64,000 bases of DNA, taken from NCBI GenBank assembly GCA_022709565.1, contig JAKLIO010000001.1, positions 4,368-68,367 of the forward strand, given 5' to 3'. Under the pieces are notes generated by a model. The model searched no databases. It was given only the letters and a program-made list of their open reading frames with translations, and was not told the DNA's origin. This stretch comes from Patescibacteria group bacterium. Its GTDB lineage: Bacteria > Patescibacteriota > Minisyncoccia > Moranbacterales > GWC2-37-73. Below, piece after piece: positions 53,491 through 62,916 of the stretch (positions are counted from its first letter, which is position 1; every line of letters begins with the position of its first letter). The position numbers were made by a program, and so were the translations under genes.

Positions 53491-53874
53491 TTAGCCAAGT
53501 ATTTGATTGATTTTTTCCACCAGTTCAGACGGGGTATGCTGAGATTTGATGAAATAATCGCTGGCTCCCATTTCGAAGGCCTGCCTTTTGTCTTCTTCTC
53601 CGTCCAGGTTGGTAAAAAATATGCAAGAAATCTTTTTGAATCTTTCATCAGCCTTGATTTTTTTCAGCGTTTCAAAACCGTCCATCTTTGGCATGATAAT
53701 GTCCATAAGAATCGCATCAATATCCGCATATCTATCTTCCAGCCAGGCCATGGCTTCCACTCCGTTGTCGGCCGACAAAACTTCATAGCCGCTTTGCATG
53801 AGCGCCAGAGTATACATTTCCAAAAGATCCTCTTCATCTTCGACAATCAAAATTGTTTTTTTGCCGTCTTTCAT
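53491..53874 (-). CDS. stand-alone response-regulator receiver (CheY-like), paralogue of 8025..8405
   Basis: Reads ILIVEDEEDL...DAILMDIIMPKMDGFETLKKIK...YFIKSQHTPSELV. The 127-aa protein has no output domain. Confidence 0.85.
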   Translation of the reverse strand: MKDGKKTILIVEDEEDLLEMYTLALMQSGYEVLSADNGVEAMAWLEDRYADIDAILMDIIMPKMDGFETLKKIKADERFKKISCIFFTNLDGEEDKRQAFEMGASDYFIKSQHTPSELVEKINQILG

Positions 53875-53964
53875 AAAATTGATTTACACTTGATATTTTA
53901 GCATATTTTCTGGAAAAAAGAAAAGAATATTGGCTTTGGGTCTATTTGCTGTTAAACTGTTATT

Positions 53965-54513
53965 ATGAACATATTGGCGACCAACAAAAGCGCATCTTTT
54001 GACTACGAGCTTCTGGATAAATATGAGGCCGGTTTGGTGCTGACCGGAGCCGAAGTAAAATCCATAAAAACAGGACATATAAGCCTTAAAGGCAGTTTTG
54101 TGACCCTGCACAGCGGAGAACTCTATCTTACTAATGCTAACATCTCGCCCTATCCTTTCGCCAAAAGTTCTGCTGCCTATGAACCGACCCGCTCCCGCAA
54201 GCTTTTGGTCCGCAAAATTGAAATTCGCCATTTAATAGGCAAATTGCAGGTTAAAGGCTTGACATTAGTGCCCCTTCGTGTGTATACTAAGAAACGATCC
54301 ACCCGCTACATTTCCCAAGCGAGTTTATCAACTAATACAAAATTTTCAGCTGCCGGCAATAAAACTAGTAACTCAAACAGACGTAGCGAAATGGACGGGC
54401 TAATCAAGTTGGAATTTGCTTTGGCAAAAGGAAAAAAGGCCTATGACAAACGCAAAGATATTTCCAAAAAAGAGTCAAAACGCAAAATTGAAAGAGCAAT
54501 AAAAAATAATTAA
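53965..54513 (+). CDS. smpB: SsrA-binding protein SmpB (with a ~33-aa in-frame insertion)
   Basis: Has NKSASFDYELLDKYEAGLVLTGAEVKS, ..TRSRKLL.. and ..ALAKGKKAYDKR... The tmRNA gene follows directly. Confidence 0.9.
   Translation: MNILATNKSASFDYELLDKYEAGLVLTGAEVKSIKTGHISLKGSFVTLHSGELYLTNANISPYPFAKSSAAYEPTRSRKLLVRKIEIRHLIGKLQVKGLTLVPLRVYTKKRSTRYISQASLSTNTKFSAAGNKTSNSNRRSEMDGLIKLEFALAKGKKAYDKRKDISKKESKRKIERAIKNN
54296..54402 (+). repeat. hairpin-flanked insertion, in frame within smpB
   Basis: CCCG cta CATTTC (54302-54314) is complementary to GAAATG ga CGGG (54388-54399). The insert encodes KRSTRYISQASLSTNTKFSAAGNKTSNSNRRSEMDG. Confidence 0.55.
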
Positions 54514-54580
54514 ACAATTGCGTACTGTGTGTTTGCAAAAAGGAGGGCTTGCCCCGCACTTTTTGCGAAGCAAATAGTGC

Positions 54581-54984
54581 GGGGTTGTTTAGTTTCGACA
54601 GGTTGTACTTTTCAAAATATGCAAGTCGATCAACCATGTTTATATCGTAAAACTAACATGGAAGATATAAGTGCAAACTTCATATCAAAGGCGCGGGCTT
54701 CATTTGCGCAAGCATTTGCAAGTTTTGCTCCTGCTTTAGCTTAAGTTAAAGCCATCGAACCGCTAATTTCTCATAAGCGGACTTCGGTGCCAAACATGAG
54801 AATAGTTTTCTGCGGTTTTCCGGACGCATAAAGCGAAAAATTTCTGGAAACGACGTATGCAGGTTTTGTTTGTTCCTGACTGCATGTTGTTGAATCCCGA
54901 TTTTATCGGGAAAGAAACAAACTAAACTTGTAGAGGATTTTGAATTGTCAATTTTGGACGCGAGTGCAATTCTCGCCAACTCCA
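54581..54984 (+). ncRNA. ssrA: tmRNA (SsrA)
   Basis: The 5' end GGGGTTGTTTAGTTTCGACAGG pairs with the 3' end CAACTCC-A and includes the G3:U70 pair. The T arm is GCGAG TGCAATT CTCGC. The tag ORF GCA AAC..GCT TAA (54673-54744) encodes ANFISKARASFAQAFASFAPALA. Confidence 0.85.
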
Positions 54985-55232
54985 CACCTGAAAAATTTTA
55001 AAAGCTAAATTTTAAATTTTAATTGAATTTTAAATGATTTAATCCATTAAAACATTTAATCATTAAGATTTGATTTAAAATTTTAAATTTAAAACTTAAA
55101 ATTATTATCAGTATTTGTTTAATAAAATATAAAAAAATCACAAAGCGTTTTTTAAAAACTCTAATGTGATTTTACAAAGTTATAAGAAAGCGATTTAAGT
55201 TTAAGCCAAAACAACCAACAGGTCCTGCTCAA

Positions 55233-55739
55233 ATGCGCATTAATGACGGCATCAGAGCTGTTCGCGTTTTTGTCATTGATGAAATGGGAAAACAGCTGGG
55301 AGAAATGGCAATTTTCGAAGCCATAGCCTTGGCTAGAGAGCACATGTTGGATCTGGTTGAAGTTTCGCCCAAAGCCGTCCCACCCGTATGCCGCATCATG
55401 GATTATGGCAAGCAACTCTACCAGCAGTCTAAACAAATGCGGATTGCCAAGACTAAGCAGAAAAGAGTTGAAACGAAAGGCGTGCGCCTGGGAGTCAGAA
55501 CCGACACCCATGATCTTAATTTCAAAAAAGCACAAGCCGAAAAATTTTTGGGCCACGGCGACAAGGTCAAGATAGAAATCGTGCTCAAAGGCCGTGAAAA
55601 AGCTCATCAAGATTTAGCCAGAAAAAACCTGCAAGATTTTATTTCAGGAATAACCGCTCCCTACAAGATCGAAGAACAGATCAAAAGATTCCCTGGAGGA
55701 TTCAATGTTATCCTCGCTCCAACTGAAGAACAAAAATAA
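55233..55739 (+). CDS. infC: translation initiation factor IF-3
   Basis: Reads RINDGIRAVRVFVIDEMGKQLGEM...LDLVEVSPKAVPPVCRIMDYGK. The frame is open back to 55170, so a non-ATG start such as ATA 55182 is possible. Confidence 0.9.
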   Translation: MRINDGIRAVRVFVIDEMGKQLGEMAIFEAIALAREHMLDLVEVSPKAVPPVCRIMDYGKQLYQQSKQMRIAKTKQKRVETKGVRLGVRTDTHDLNFKKAQAEKFLGHGDKVKIEIVLKGREKAHQDLARKNLQDFISGITAPYKIEEQIKRFPGGFNVILAPTEEQK

Positions 55740-55740
55740 T

Positions 55741-55846
55741 TTCTAATTTTCAATTTATAATTTCTAAGCAATTCCCAATAATTCAATTTCAAAATTCAAA
55801 AATTTAAGCATTGTTTGAAAATTGAAAATTGAGAATTGAAAATTTT
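55741..55846. repeat. cargo-less inverted low-complexity array (TTCAAAA arm / TTGAAAA arm)
   Basis: ..attcaatttcaaaattcaaaaattt.. is complementary to ..tttgaaaattgaaaattgagaattgaaaatt... It lies between infC and rpmI. Confidence 0.6.
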
Positions 55847-55857
55847 ATTACAAGTAT

Positions 55858-56064
55858 ATGCCTAAGATCAAGACCAACAAATCAGTTGCCAAGAAAGTAA
55901 AAATTACCAAAAACAAGAAAGTCATCCGCCGCGCAACCGGACAGAACCACTATAATTCTAAGGAAAACGGAGCTGAAGGACGAGCCAAGAAAAAAGATAG
56001 ACGCATGTTTTCGGCTGACGAAAAGAACGTTGTATCCGCTTTGCCATATTCCATAAACAGATAA
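55858..56064 (+). CDS. rpmI: 50S ribosomal protein L35
   Basis: Starts MPKIKTNKSVAKKVKITKNKKVIRR..G.NH and lies between infC and rplT. Confidence 0.9.
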   Translation: MPKIKTNKSVAKKVKITKNKKVIRRATGQNHYNSKENGAEGRAKKKDRRMFSADEKNVVSALPYSINR

Positions 56065-56123
56065 TTATTATTTCATTTCAAGCTATTGCCTTTTAACCTT
56101 AAGAGAACATCCGTATTTGTGAT

Positions 56124-56154
56124 CTAAAAGCTAAAAGCTAGAAGCTAAAAGCTA
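56124..56154. repeat. short-period GCTAAAA array
   Basis: ctaaaagctaaaagctagaagctaaaagcta lies just upstream of rplT. Confidence 0.55.
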
Positions 56155-56159
56155 CTTAT

Positions 56160-56504
56160 ATGACAAGAGTAAAACGCGGCGTTGCCGCCAGTAAAAGAAG
56201 AAAGAATGTGCTTGATGCCGCCAAGGGTTTCCGCTGGCGCCGCAGCAAAAACTATGTTGCCGCTAAAGAAGCTCTGCTCAAAGCCGGCAAATACGCGCAC
56301 AGAGATCGCCGCAAGAAAAAAGGCATCAACAGATCTCTTTGGATATTGAGACTCAACAATGCCGTCAGGATGCTTGAACTGACTTACAGCAAATTTATCG
56401 CCAATCTCAAATCAAAGCAGATAGAAATAGACCGCAAGGTGCTTTCGCAAATGGCTGTTGAAAATCCGGCAGTATTTGCAAAATTTATTGAAAAAATAAA
56501 ATAG
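56160..56504 (+). CDS. rplT: 50S ribosomal protein L20
   Basis: Reads MTRVKRGVAASKRRKNVLDAAKGFRWRRSKNY..AKEAL.KA..YA.RDRR.KK and ends ..LSQMAV..PAVF. Confidence 0.92.
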   Translation: MTRVKRGVAASKRRKNVLDAAKGFRWRRSKNYVAAKEALLKAGKYAHRDRRKKKGINRSLWILRLNNAVRMLELTYSKFIANLKSKQIEIDRKVLSQMAVENPAVFAKFIEKIK

Positions 56505-56530
56505 ACTTTCAATAAAAATTAGAAAATATA

Positions 56531-56555
56531 AAAACGGCTGTAAAAGCCGTTTTTG
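56531..56555 (+). terminator. rho-independent terminator after rplT
   Basis: AAAAACGGCT gtaaa AGCCGTTTTTG. Confidence 0.7.
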
Positions 56556-56666
56556 TTAAACTTAAATTAGCCAGTCTCTGTCTACTCCAGTTTAAAACAT
56601 ATAAATTTTAATAGGTATTAAATAATTTTTTTAGACAAGTTATAACAAATATGCAACAAAAAATTG

Positions 56667-59009
56667 CTAACGGAATAGTTTCATTAATGAATTAGAAAAT
56701 ATTGGAATAAAAAAAGAAATTAGTAAACCAATGAAAGCAATAATTTGGAAAAAAGTGTTTTTAGATCTAATTGCACTAAATGTTACAATCAAAATAAAAT
56801 AAATCCATAAAGGAAAATAAGTTACCATGTAGAACATGCCACCGTATATACCCATGTTACCAATCATTAATCCTTGAGAAAAAAAGTATGGAATAACTAG
56901 TAAAGCCCAAATGAAATTATCCCTCTCTCTTAACAATTTTAAAGAATAATGAAACAAATATGCTACTGTTGCGACTGCAATAAATATTCCCAAAGAACCA
57001 GGGATTAAATCTACTCCTCCACCAGCACCGAAAGTTCTTCCTTCTTTTGAAAAAAATCCTAAATTAATCAACAAAATAAACAATCTTGCTATAAATAATG
57101 GCAATAAAGACAAAAAGATAAGTTTTGCTTTTTTTTGCAAGTTTTTAAGATTAATTTCTAACAAAAAAATAACAATGAACATAGTAATCAACAGATATAT
57201 TGAATACGATTCTAACATTTTTAATTTTTCTGTTACCCGCACTGGTCCAATAAATAAATGAATTAAAATTTCAATAATTGGTAAATACAGGAAAATAAGC
57301 AAAATAATTTTTGTAATTCTGGAAAGATTGCTCTCTACGTTTATTTTTTCTGATTCTGAAAAATTAAAAGCAACTTTATTTTCCATTTGTTTTTGTTTAA
57401 TTTTTATGTCTACTTTTATATCACAATAAATGAAAACTGAGATCGCAATTAGGTAAATTGAATAATAAAGTGCTGTTTCATAGAAAAATTTTATATCTAC
57501 CCATAAAAGATAATGAAATGTTAGCAAACAAGAAGCCAGCACAAACATAGGATACAACACAATAGCGATAGGAACATTTTCTCTTTTTCTTTTTGTTATT
57601 AGCAAAATGCTACTGAAAATAAAGATCAATATTAAAATAAGTGCTGCAATGTTTTTATAGATATATGCTTTATTATTTTCTGATTTTCCAGAAAAGTCTA
57701 TTCCTAGTTTAAAATAACATTCTTCTTTGGAAACAAGTTCGCTTTTTATCCCAAAATTACCAGTCATGCGTGACATAATACCTCTAAATGTATTCGGATT
57801 TTCTGATAAACCCGGAAATTTTTCGCAATATGTGTTTCCGGATTTTGACTCATTTAAACTGCTCATGGCAAACTCATAACACTCCTCTTGATTTTGTCTG
57901 GGAAAATTAATACAAGCATTGGCATTTTTTCCCAAAAAGGTTCCTCCTTGATAGGAATACATAACGCTTAACGCTTCTTGATAACATTCTTCTTTATTAT
58001 CGGGCTCAATAAAATCTTCACAAATTTTCGGATTTTCAACAAAATAATCAGAAAATTTTGATTTCATCAAACTATCAAGAACTTTTTGATAACAATTAGC
58101 GCTATACTCTGCTGAAGGAAACTTACTACAAATTGGAATGTTTTTTACCAAATATTCTTCAAATTTTTCTCCTGTAAGTTTATCAAAAGCAACATTATAA
58201 CAAGCAGATCTGTCTTCTGATAAAGGAAATCTCTTGCAAATTGGAATGTTTTTTACCAAGTATTCTTCAAGCTTTTCTCCTGAAAGTTCACTAAGAGCAA
58301 AATTATAACACTCGGTGCGATACGCATCATTTTTAGTATGATACAATTCTTTCATTGATGATCCTGGAACTTTTTCGCATAATTCAGGATTTTTTGGTAT
58401 TAAATCATCCTTACTTGCGATTGCTTTTTCAAGGCCATTTATATAACAATGCTCTTTTAACCCTATCTGCGTTGTCTGTATATTTTCACAAGTATTTATA
58501 TTTCCTGTATAAATGGAAACTTGCCTGAGACAATTATTTTTAATAATTTCGCGTTCAGAATCGGGAATTAATCTGTTTGTTACTGCCCCTGCCGGAATAT
58601 CAATCTCATTAATTCTTTCACATAGACTAGAATTTTTCTCAGCAATAGCTATCTGCGAAACGCAATCGGCTTTATTTGAATATTCACTATTATTAAACTT
58701 TTGAAAGCAAATATTTATATCCCTATTTTTTAAGGCTACTTGCATAAAACATAAGGTTGATTCACGATATGGATCGTAACCTGTTTTATAATATTCCCCG
58801 CACCCAGGAGGAGCAAGACATTTTTCCCAATCTTTTCTTATTTTTTCACATTCGCTTATGTCAGAATGTTGTTCGTAGTTTGTATATCCCTGAAGATTTT
58901 CTGCTGAAGCATTATTTGCATAACCAAAAAGCAAGCTAACAATAATTACCGATATAATAACAAAAAATATTCGAACAAAGAATGAATAATAAATATCTTT
59001 ATAATACAT
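56667..59009 (-). CDS. large membrane protein: N-terminal TM, ~400-aa array of Cys-pair repeats, C-terminal polytopic domain
   Basis: 780 aa. It has about 10 repeats of the pattern C-x(8-14)-(E/A)CY, including a 105-bp near-identical tandem duplication (EEYLVKNIPIC..F..) around 58130-58290. More than 10 TM helices follow. The gene is very AT-rich. Confidence 0.7.
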   Translation of the reverse strand: MYYKDIYYSFFVRIFFVIISVIIVSLLFGYANNASAENLQGYTNYEQHSDISECEKIRKDWEKCLAPPGCGEYYKTGYDPYRESTLCFMQVALKNRDINICFQKFNNSEYSNKADCVSQIAIAEKNSSLCERINEIDIPAGAVTNRLIPDSEREIIKNNCLRQVSIYTGNINTCENIQTTQIGLKEHCYINGLEKAIASKDDLIPKNPELCEKVPGSSMKELYHTKNDAYRTECYNFALSELSGEKLEEYLVKNIPICKRFPLSEDRSACYNVAFDKLTGEKFEEYLVKNIPICSKFPSAEYSANCYQKVLDSLMKSKFSDYFVENPKICEDFIEPDNKEECYQEALSVMYSYQGGTFLGKNANACINFPRQNQEECYEFAMSSLNESKSGNTYCEKFPGLSENPNTFRGIMSRMTGNFGIKSELVSKEECYFKLGIDFSGKSENNKAYIYKNIAALILILIFIFSSILLITKRKRENVPIAIVLYPMFVLASCLLTFHYLLWVDIKFFYETALYYSIYLIAISVFIYCDIKVDIKIKQKQMENKVAFNFSESEKINVESNLSRITKIILLIFLYLPIIEILIHLFIGPVRVTEKLKMLESYSIYLLITMFIVIFLLEINLKNLQKKAKLIFLSLLPLFIARLFILLINLGFFSKEGRTFGAGGGVDLIPGSLGIFIAVATVAYLFHYSLKLLRERDNFIWALLVIPYFFSQGLMIGNMGIYGGMFYMVTYFPLWIYFILIVTFSAIRSKNTFFQIIAFIGLLISFFIPIFSNSLMKLFR

Positions 59010-59216
59010 AATTTATGTCTTAATTATATCGTAATCAGACATTTAAAAAGCCGCTTTTATTAAGTTAAAACATAACATCAGGAATCTGTGTTACCAAACT
59101 CCAAACTAGGAACTTGGTTTATCATAGTAATAATATGTATTATTACAAAAATAACTAAAACAACAACTTTATAAAGAATAAACTTACACCATTTTAATTC
59201 TAATCATTTTTTATTT

Positions 59217-59891
59217 TCAGCCTATCTTTGCCCAACTGAACATCTGTTTGAATTGTTGAATAATAAGATCTATAACATTATCGCTCTTGGTTGAAGTAAA
59301 GGTGGTAAATTTTTCAGAATTTGCGACGTTCCCCCACCTGTCGGTAGCGCTGATCGAATAAGTGTAGCGAGTGGATGGCTCAAAATTAAGAATAAGGGCA
59401 TGCGCAAGCCCTGGACCTTTTTCTTCCAAATTGTTCTTTATCGGACCGTCATTTTTGGCATAGGTTACGATAGATGTTGCCATTTTGTTTGTTTTCCAGG
59501 TAAACAACAGCTTTGTTTCTTTCCCGTCTTTTGAAATCACGGTTTCCCCCTTAACATCCGAAATGACCAGCGGGTCATTTTTTGCTTCCCCCGCAATATC
59601 AATCTCGTAACCGCCGAAGGTTATCTCTTTCATCATATAATTCTCGCTGTGAGAAAATCCTTCCGGAAACTTATCTTCCTCTTCGATTTCTTGAACTCCG
59701 CTAACATCATTGACAAAAGCTTCTTTGGAATTTTCTAGCACTGGAATTTCTACCGGCTGGCTCGAATCTTTTGGCTTGATAAAAATCGTCCACAAAACAA
59801 CAGCCAGCACAATCAAAAGAAGCACAATCAAGATTGCTCCTCCGATAATAAATTTTTTAGAAAACTTTTTTTGGCTGGATTGTTCTTCCAT
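59217..59891 (-). CDS. hypothetical membrane-anchored protein (possible beta-sandwich/FN3-like ectodomain)
   Basis: Has an N-terminal TM (FIIGGAILIVLLLIVLAVVLW). The C-terminus (..TWKTNKMATSIVTY...YTYSISATDRWGN) resembles an FN3-like fold. The call is tentative. Confidence 0.5.
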   Translation of the reverse strand: MEEQSSQKKFSKKFIIGGAILIVLLLIVLAVVLWTIFIKPKDSSQPVEIPVLENSKEAFVNDVSGVQEIEEEDKFPEGFSHSENYMMKEITFGGYEIDIAGEAKNDPLVISDVKGETVISKDGKETKLLFTWKTNKMATSIVTYAKNDGPIKNNLEEKGPGLAHALILNFEPSTRYTYSISATDRWGNVANSEKFTTFTSTKSDNVIDLIIQQFKQMFSWAKIG

Positions 59892-60078
59892 CTTTTTTTA
59901 TTATTTAGTGTGATAAACAAAAATTAAACATTTTCCATGTTTAAAAATACTTTTCCCGAAATTCCTTAAGGAGTCTCCAACAAGCGCGAAAAGGCAGCCA
60001 CATCCACAAAGTCGCTAACAATATTTTTTCTAAGCGTTCGTTTAAAGTCATATTTTTATTGTCATTATAATTTATATA

Positions 60079-60774
60079 TTATTTGATTTCATAAATAACA
60101 TCCTTTTTTTCCACCACAATCCGCCAGCCTTTTTCTTCCGCAATCGCTTTGAGATTTTCGTCAGGATTGAAAGCAATCGGATTAGCCACGATTTCCAATA
60201 GGCTTGCGTCTGATTTTGTGTCGCCTACTCCATAAGAATCATCCAGCGGCATGCTATGTTCATAGACATATTGTTTGACCAAGTGGCCTTTGTGCTTTAC
60301 CGGCTCATATAGAGCTTTCCCGGTGCAAATTCCTTTTTCATCATATTCATAGACGCTGCCGAACACCGCATCAAAATGCAAATGCTTATTATTAAATTCT
60401 CTCACAATTTCGATTGGCGATCCGGAAATAGCGATCAGATGATAATCCTCCTGCTTGAGCTTGCGTATCAGTTCCTCCGCAAAAATATAGGTGCGATCTT
60501 GATGAAATGATATCACAGCTTTGCTGGCTCTTTCAACATCTTTGAGAGAACATCCTTTTATGTATTTTTCATAAAGATCGACTAGATTAGCGCGATATTG
60601 TTCATATGCTCCCTTATGTTCCAGCCAATCCGTGTAAAAAGCCACGATTTGATCGCGAACATTGCGCGGAAAAATGTTCATCCAAGAAAGTTCATTGATG
60701 AGTTCAAACTGGAGATTTTTTCGAAAAATAGTTCCGTCAATATCAAAAACGGCAATTTTCTGCTGCTTGCTCAT
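60079..60774 (-). CDS. HAD-superfamily hydrolase (subfamily IB-like)
   Basis: Motif I is IAVFDIDGTIF. It also has ..ISGSP.. and ..GVGDTKSD... Confidence 0.78.
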   Translation of the reverse strand: MSKQQKIAVFDIDGTIFRKNLQFELINELSWMNIFPRNVRDQIVAFYTDWLEHKGAYEQYRANLVDLYEKYIKGCSLKDVERASKAVISFHQDRTYIFAEELIRKLKQEDYHLIAISGSPIEIVREFNNKHLHFDAVFGSVYEYDEKGICTGKALYEPVKHKGHLVKQYVYEHSMPLDDSYGVGDTKSDASLLEIVANPIAFNPDENLKAIAEEKGWRIVVEKKDVIYEIK

Positions 60775-60840
60775 ATTTTGTTTTTATCAACTAATCGTTT
60801 ATATTATACAATTTTTGCATAATATATCCAACTTAAGTTG

Positions 60841-61854
60841 CTACTGCCGAGTAAAAGTTTTGACTGTCTCCCAAACTGTAGCGTTATTTTGTGTTTTTTT
60901 CATCCAATACCACCACTCCACACCCCAAACATATATTTCATTGATGCCGGTTTTTTTGGCAAATTCAATATTGTCGACCAGAATTTCAGCATTCATTGAT
61001 TCCAATTGCCTTTCAACCGGAGCATGAACTGTCCAGCCCTCCACCCAAGGCTCGCCTTGAAGTTCTACTACGATTGTATTATTTTGCTTTGCAAACAGTT
61101 TAATTAAAAGTTGCTTGGCCTTGAAAAAATTTGGCCCGATTGGATAGCGCCAATGGCCCAGTTTCGCGTTATATACTTCACGATACATTGTTGTTCCAAA
61201 AATATCCGCTCTTTTGGCCGCTGGTATCCACAGACTCAACTCTCCGCTATCCGTGATCATAATCGGACGGGATGAATCAAGGCTTTTGACTTTGGCTATT
61301 TCACTATCCAGCAAAGCGGGATCGATGGCCGGGCAAATGCCAAATTTCAAAAATGGTTCATTTTCAACCTGCCAGACGGCAATTTCCGGATGGCCATTTT
61401 TATATCTGTTGATAACAACTTCTTCAAACGCCAGCAGTTTTTCTTTTCTCAAATTATCATCTGATCCGATCCACCCAGGGATAAAACATTCCGGCCAGCG
61501 CGGAACTTTTTGGCCAACAACCAAAATTATTTTTGCATCCCGCTTTCGCGCTTCATCAAGCTGCCAATCAATGTCGGAAAAATCATACTCGCCCGAATTT
61601 TTTTCCACCAAATCCCAATAGATCGGAATGCGGATATTTTTCATGCCCAAGTCATCGAGCATAGCCAGATAAACCTCTTTCCAATCAAGCCCAATATCCT
61701 GCGCGTAACGCAAAGAAAAGGTCACGCCTATTTTAGCCTTTTGGCTGCTCGGACTTACCGGAAGATTGATGTAGATGAAAAACAACAAAACTATCACCAA
61801 AATAGCGCCCAGGATACAGCCCAGAATTTTTAAAACCTTCTTTAGGATTTGCAT
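60841..61854 (-). CDS. TIM-barrel glycoside-hydrolase-like protein (GH5-like NEP motif)
   Basis: Has an N-terminal TM and WQVENEPF (a candidate acid/base Glu). The family assignment is tentative. Confidence 0.5.
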   Translation of the reverse strand: MQILKKVLKILGCILGAILVIVLLFFIYINLPVSPSSQKAKIGVTFSLRYAQDIGLDWKEVYLAMLDDLGMKNIRIPIYWDLVEKNSGEYDFSDIDWQLDEARKRDAKIILVVGQKVPRWPECFIPGWIGSDDNLRKEKLLAFEEVVINRYKNGHPEIAVWQVENEPFLKFGICPAIDPALLDSEIAKVKSLDSSRPIMITDSGELSLWIPAAKRADIFGTTMYREVYNAKLGHWRYPIGPNFFKAKQLLIKLFAKQNNTIVVELQGEPWVEGWTVHAPVERQLESMNAEILVDNIEFAKKTGINEIYVWGVEWWYWMKKTQNNATVWETVKTFTRQ

Positions 61855-61912
61855 AAAGATATACTTTTAAATTTTAATTTTTGTATTTTATTTTTGCCAT
61901 TTATGGCAATTA

Positions 61913-62833
61913 TTATTTATAAATTAAAAACACTCCGCCGCCTATAATAACAATCGCTGCGATTTTTTGCGCCCAATCCCAGAATAAAAGTTTTTCCTGA
62001 AAAATATGCGCCTTGCTGCGATGGAGAATGGAAACAATAATCAGCACAAAAACATATTGCATTGAAACCAAGGCATTGATCAAAGTAACGCTTCCAAGCC
62101 CGATGGCATAATTCAGCATCAGTGTGCTGGCTCCACCGGCAATTTTATTGCCTAAAAAAATTCCGCCGGTCAGGACGGCCTGTTTTTTATTCTTCTTGGC
62201 CGCATGAAAACTTTTAAAGATATTTTTTCTCCAGATGGGAACAGCCAGCAGAATGCAGGCTCCGATAAATCCCCCCATTCTCGTCCAGACATACCAAGTA
62301 ATAAAATCCTCCTGGCCTGAAATAATTTTAAACAGCAGATAGGCAACTGCAATAAAAGTTCCGGCACCGATCGCGTAATAAAATCCGGAAAAAAATTTTC
62401 TTTTTCCAATTTTGAGCGGCAAATCAAAGGAGATGAGCAACCCGCCAAGAATAAGGATTGCCATGCCGACAATCTGCAATTCAGTTAATTTTTCTATACC
62501 AAAAATACCGCCTAAAATAAACGTGGCTAATGGAATAGTGGCTCCAACCACTGGAGTAACCCGGCTAGCTTCCGCTTTTTCTATTGAAAAAAACAACAGC
62601 ATGATCCCGAACGAAAAAATAAGTCCGCTAATCAAACACCAAATCATATTGCTTCCAGTGGGAAAACCCAGCCCGAAAGGCGCCAATAAAAATGCTCCCA
62701 AGCCAAACAAGCCGACATAAAAAGCGTACACCGGCGCTGATGAAATTCTCTTGGATCCCAAAAGAAATTTATCTCCAACATTCGATAGGGATCCGAAAAA
62801 ATACGCGCTAACAACAATAATGAGCCAAGCCAT
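61913..62833 (-). CDS. EamA/DMT-superfamily transporter
   Basis: 306 aa with 10 predicted TM segments arranged as two 5-TM halves. Confidence 0.72.
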   Translation of the reverse strand: MAWLIIVVSAYFFGSLSNVGDKFLLGSKRISSAPVYAFYVGLFGLGAFLLAPFGLGFPTGSNMIWCLISGLIFSFGIMLLFFSIEKAEASRVTPVVGATIPLATFILGGIFGIEKLTELQIVGMAILILGGLLISFDLPLKIGKRKFFSGFYYAIGAGTFIAVAYLLFKIISGQEDFITWYVWTRMGGFIGACILLAVPIWRKNIFKSFHAAKKNKKQAVLTGGIFLGNKIAGGASTLMLNYAIGLGSVTLINALVSMQYVFVLIIVSILHRSKAHIFQEKLLFWDWAQKIAAIVIIGGGVFLIYK

Positions 62834-62887
62834 CGCGGGTAAAATTGAAAGTTATTATAGACTTATTATACACTAAAAACTCCATAA

Positions 62888-62916
62888 CAAAAAACCCCGA
62901 CCAATCGGGGTTTTTG
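62888..62916 (-). terminator. bidirectional rho-independent terminator
   Basis: AAAAACCCCGA ccaa TCGGGGTTTTTG. Confidence 0.7.

Noticed and set aside
54529-54985. ORFs 54529..54744 (+) and 54746..54985 (-)
   Set aside because: Both lie inside the tmRNA gene. Only the last 23 codons of the plus ORF are meaningful, as the SsrA tag reading frame.
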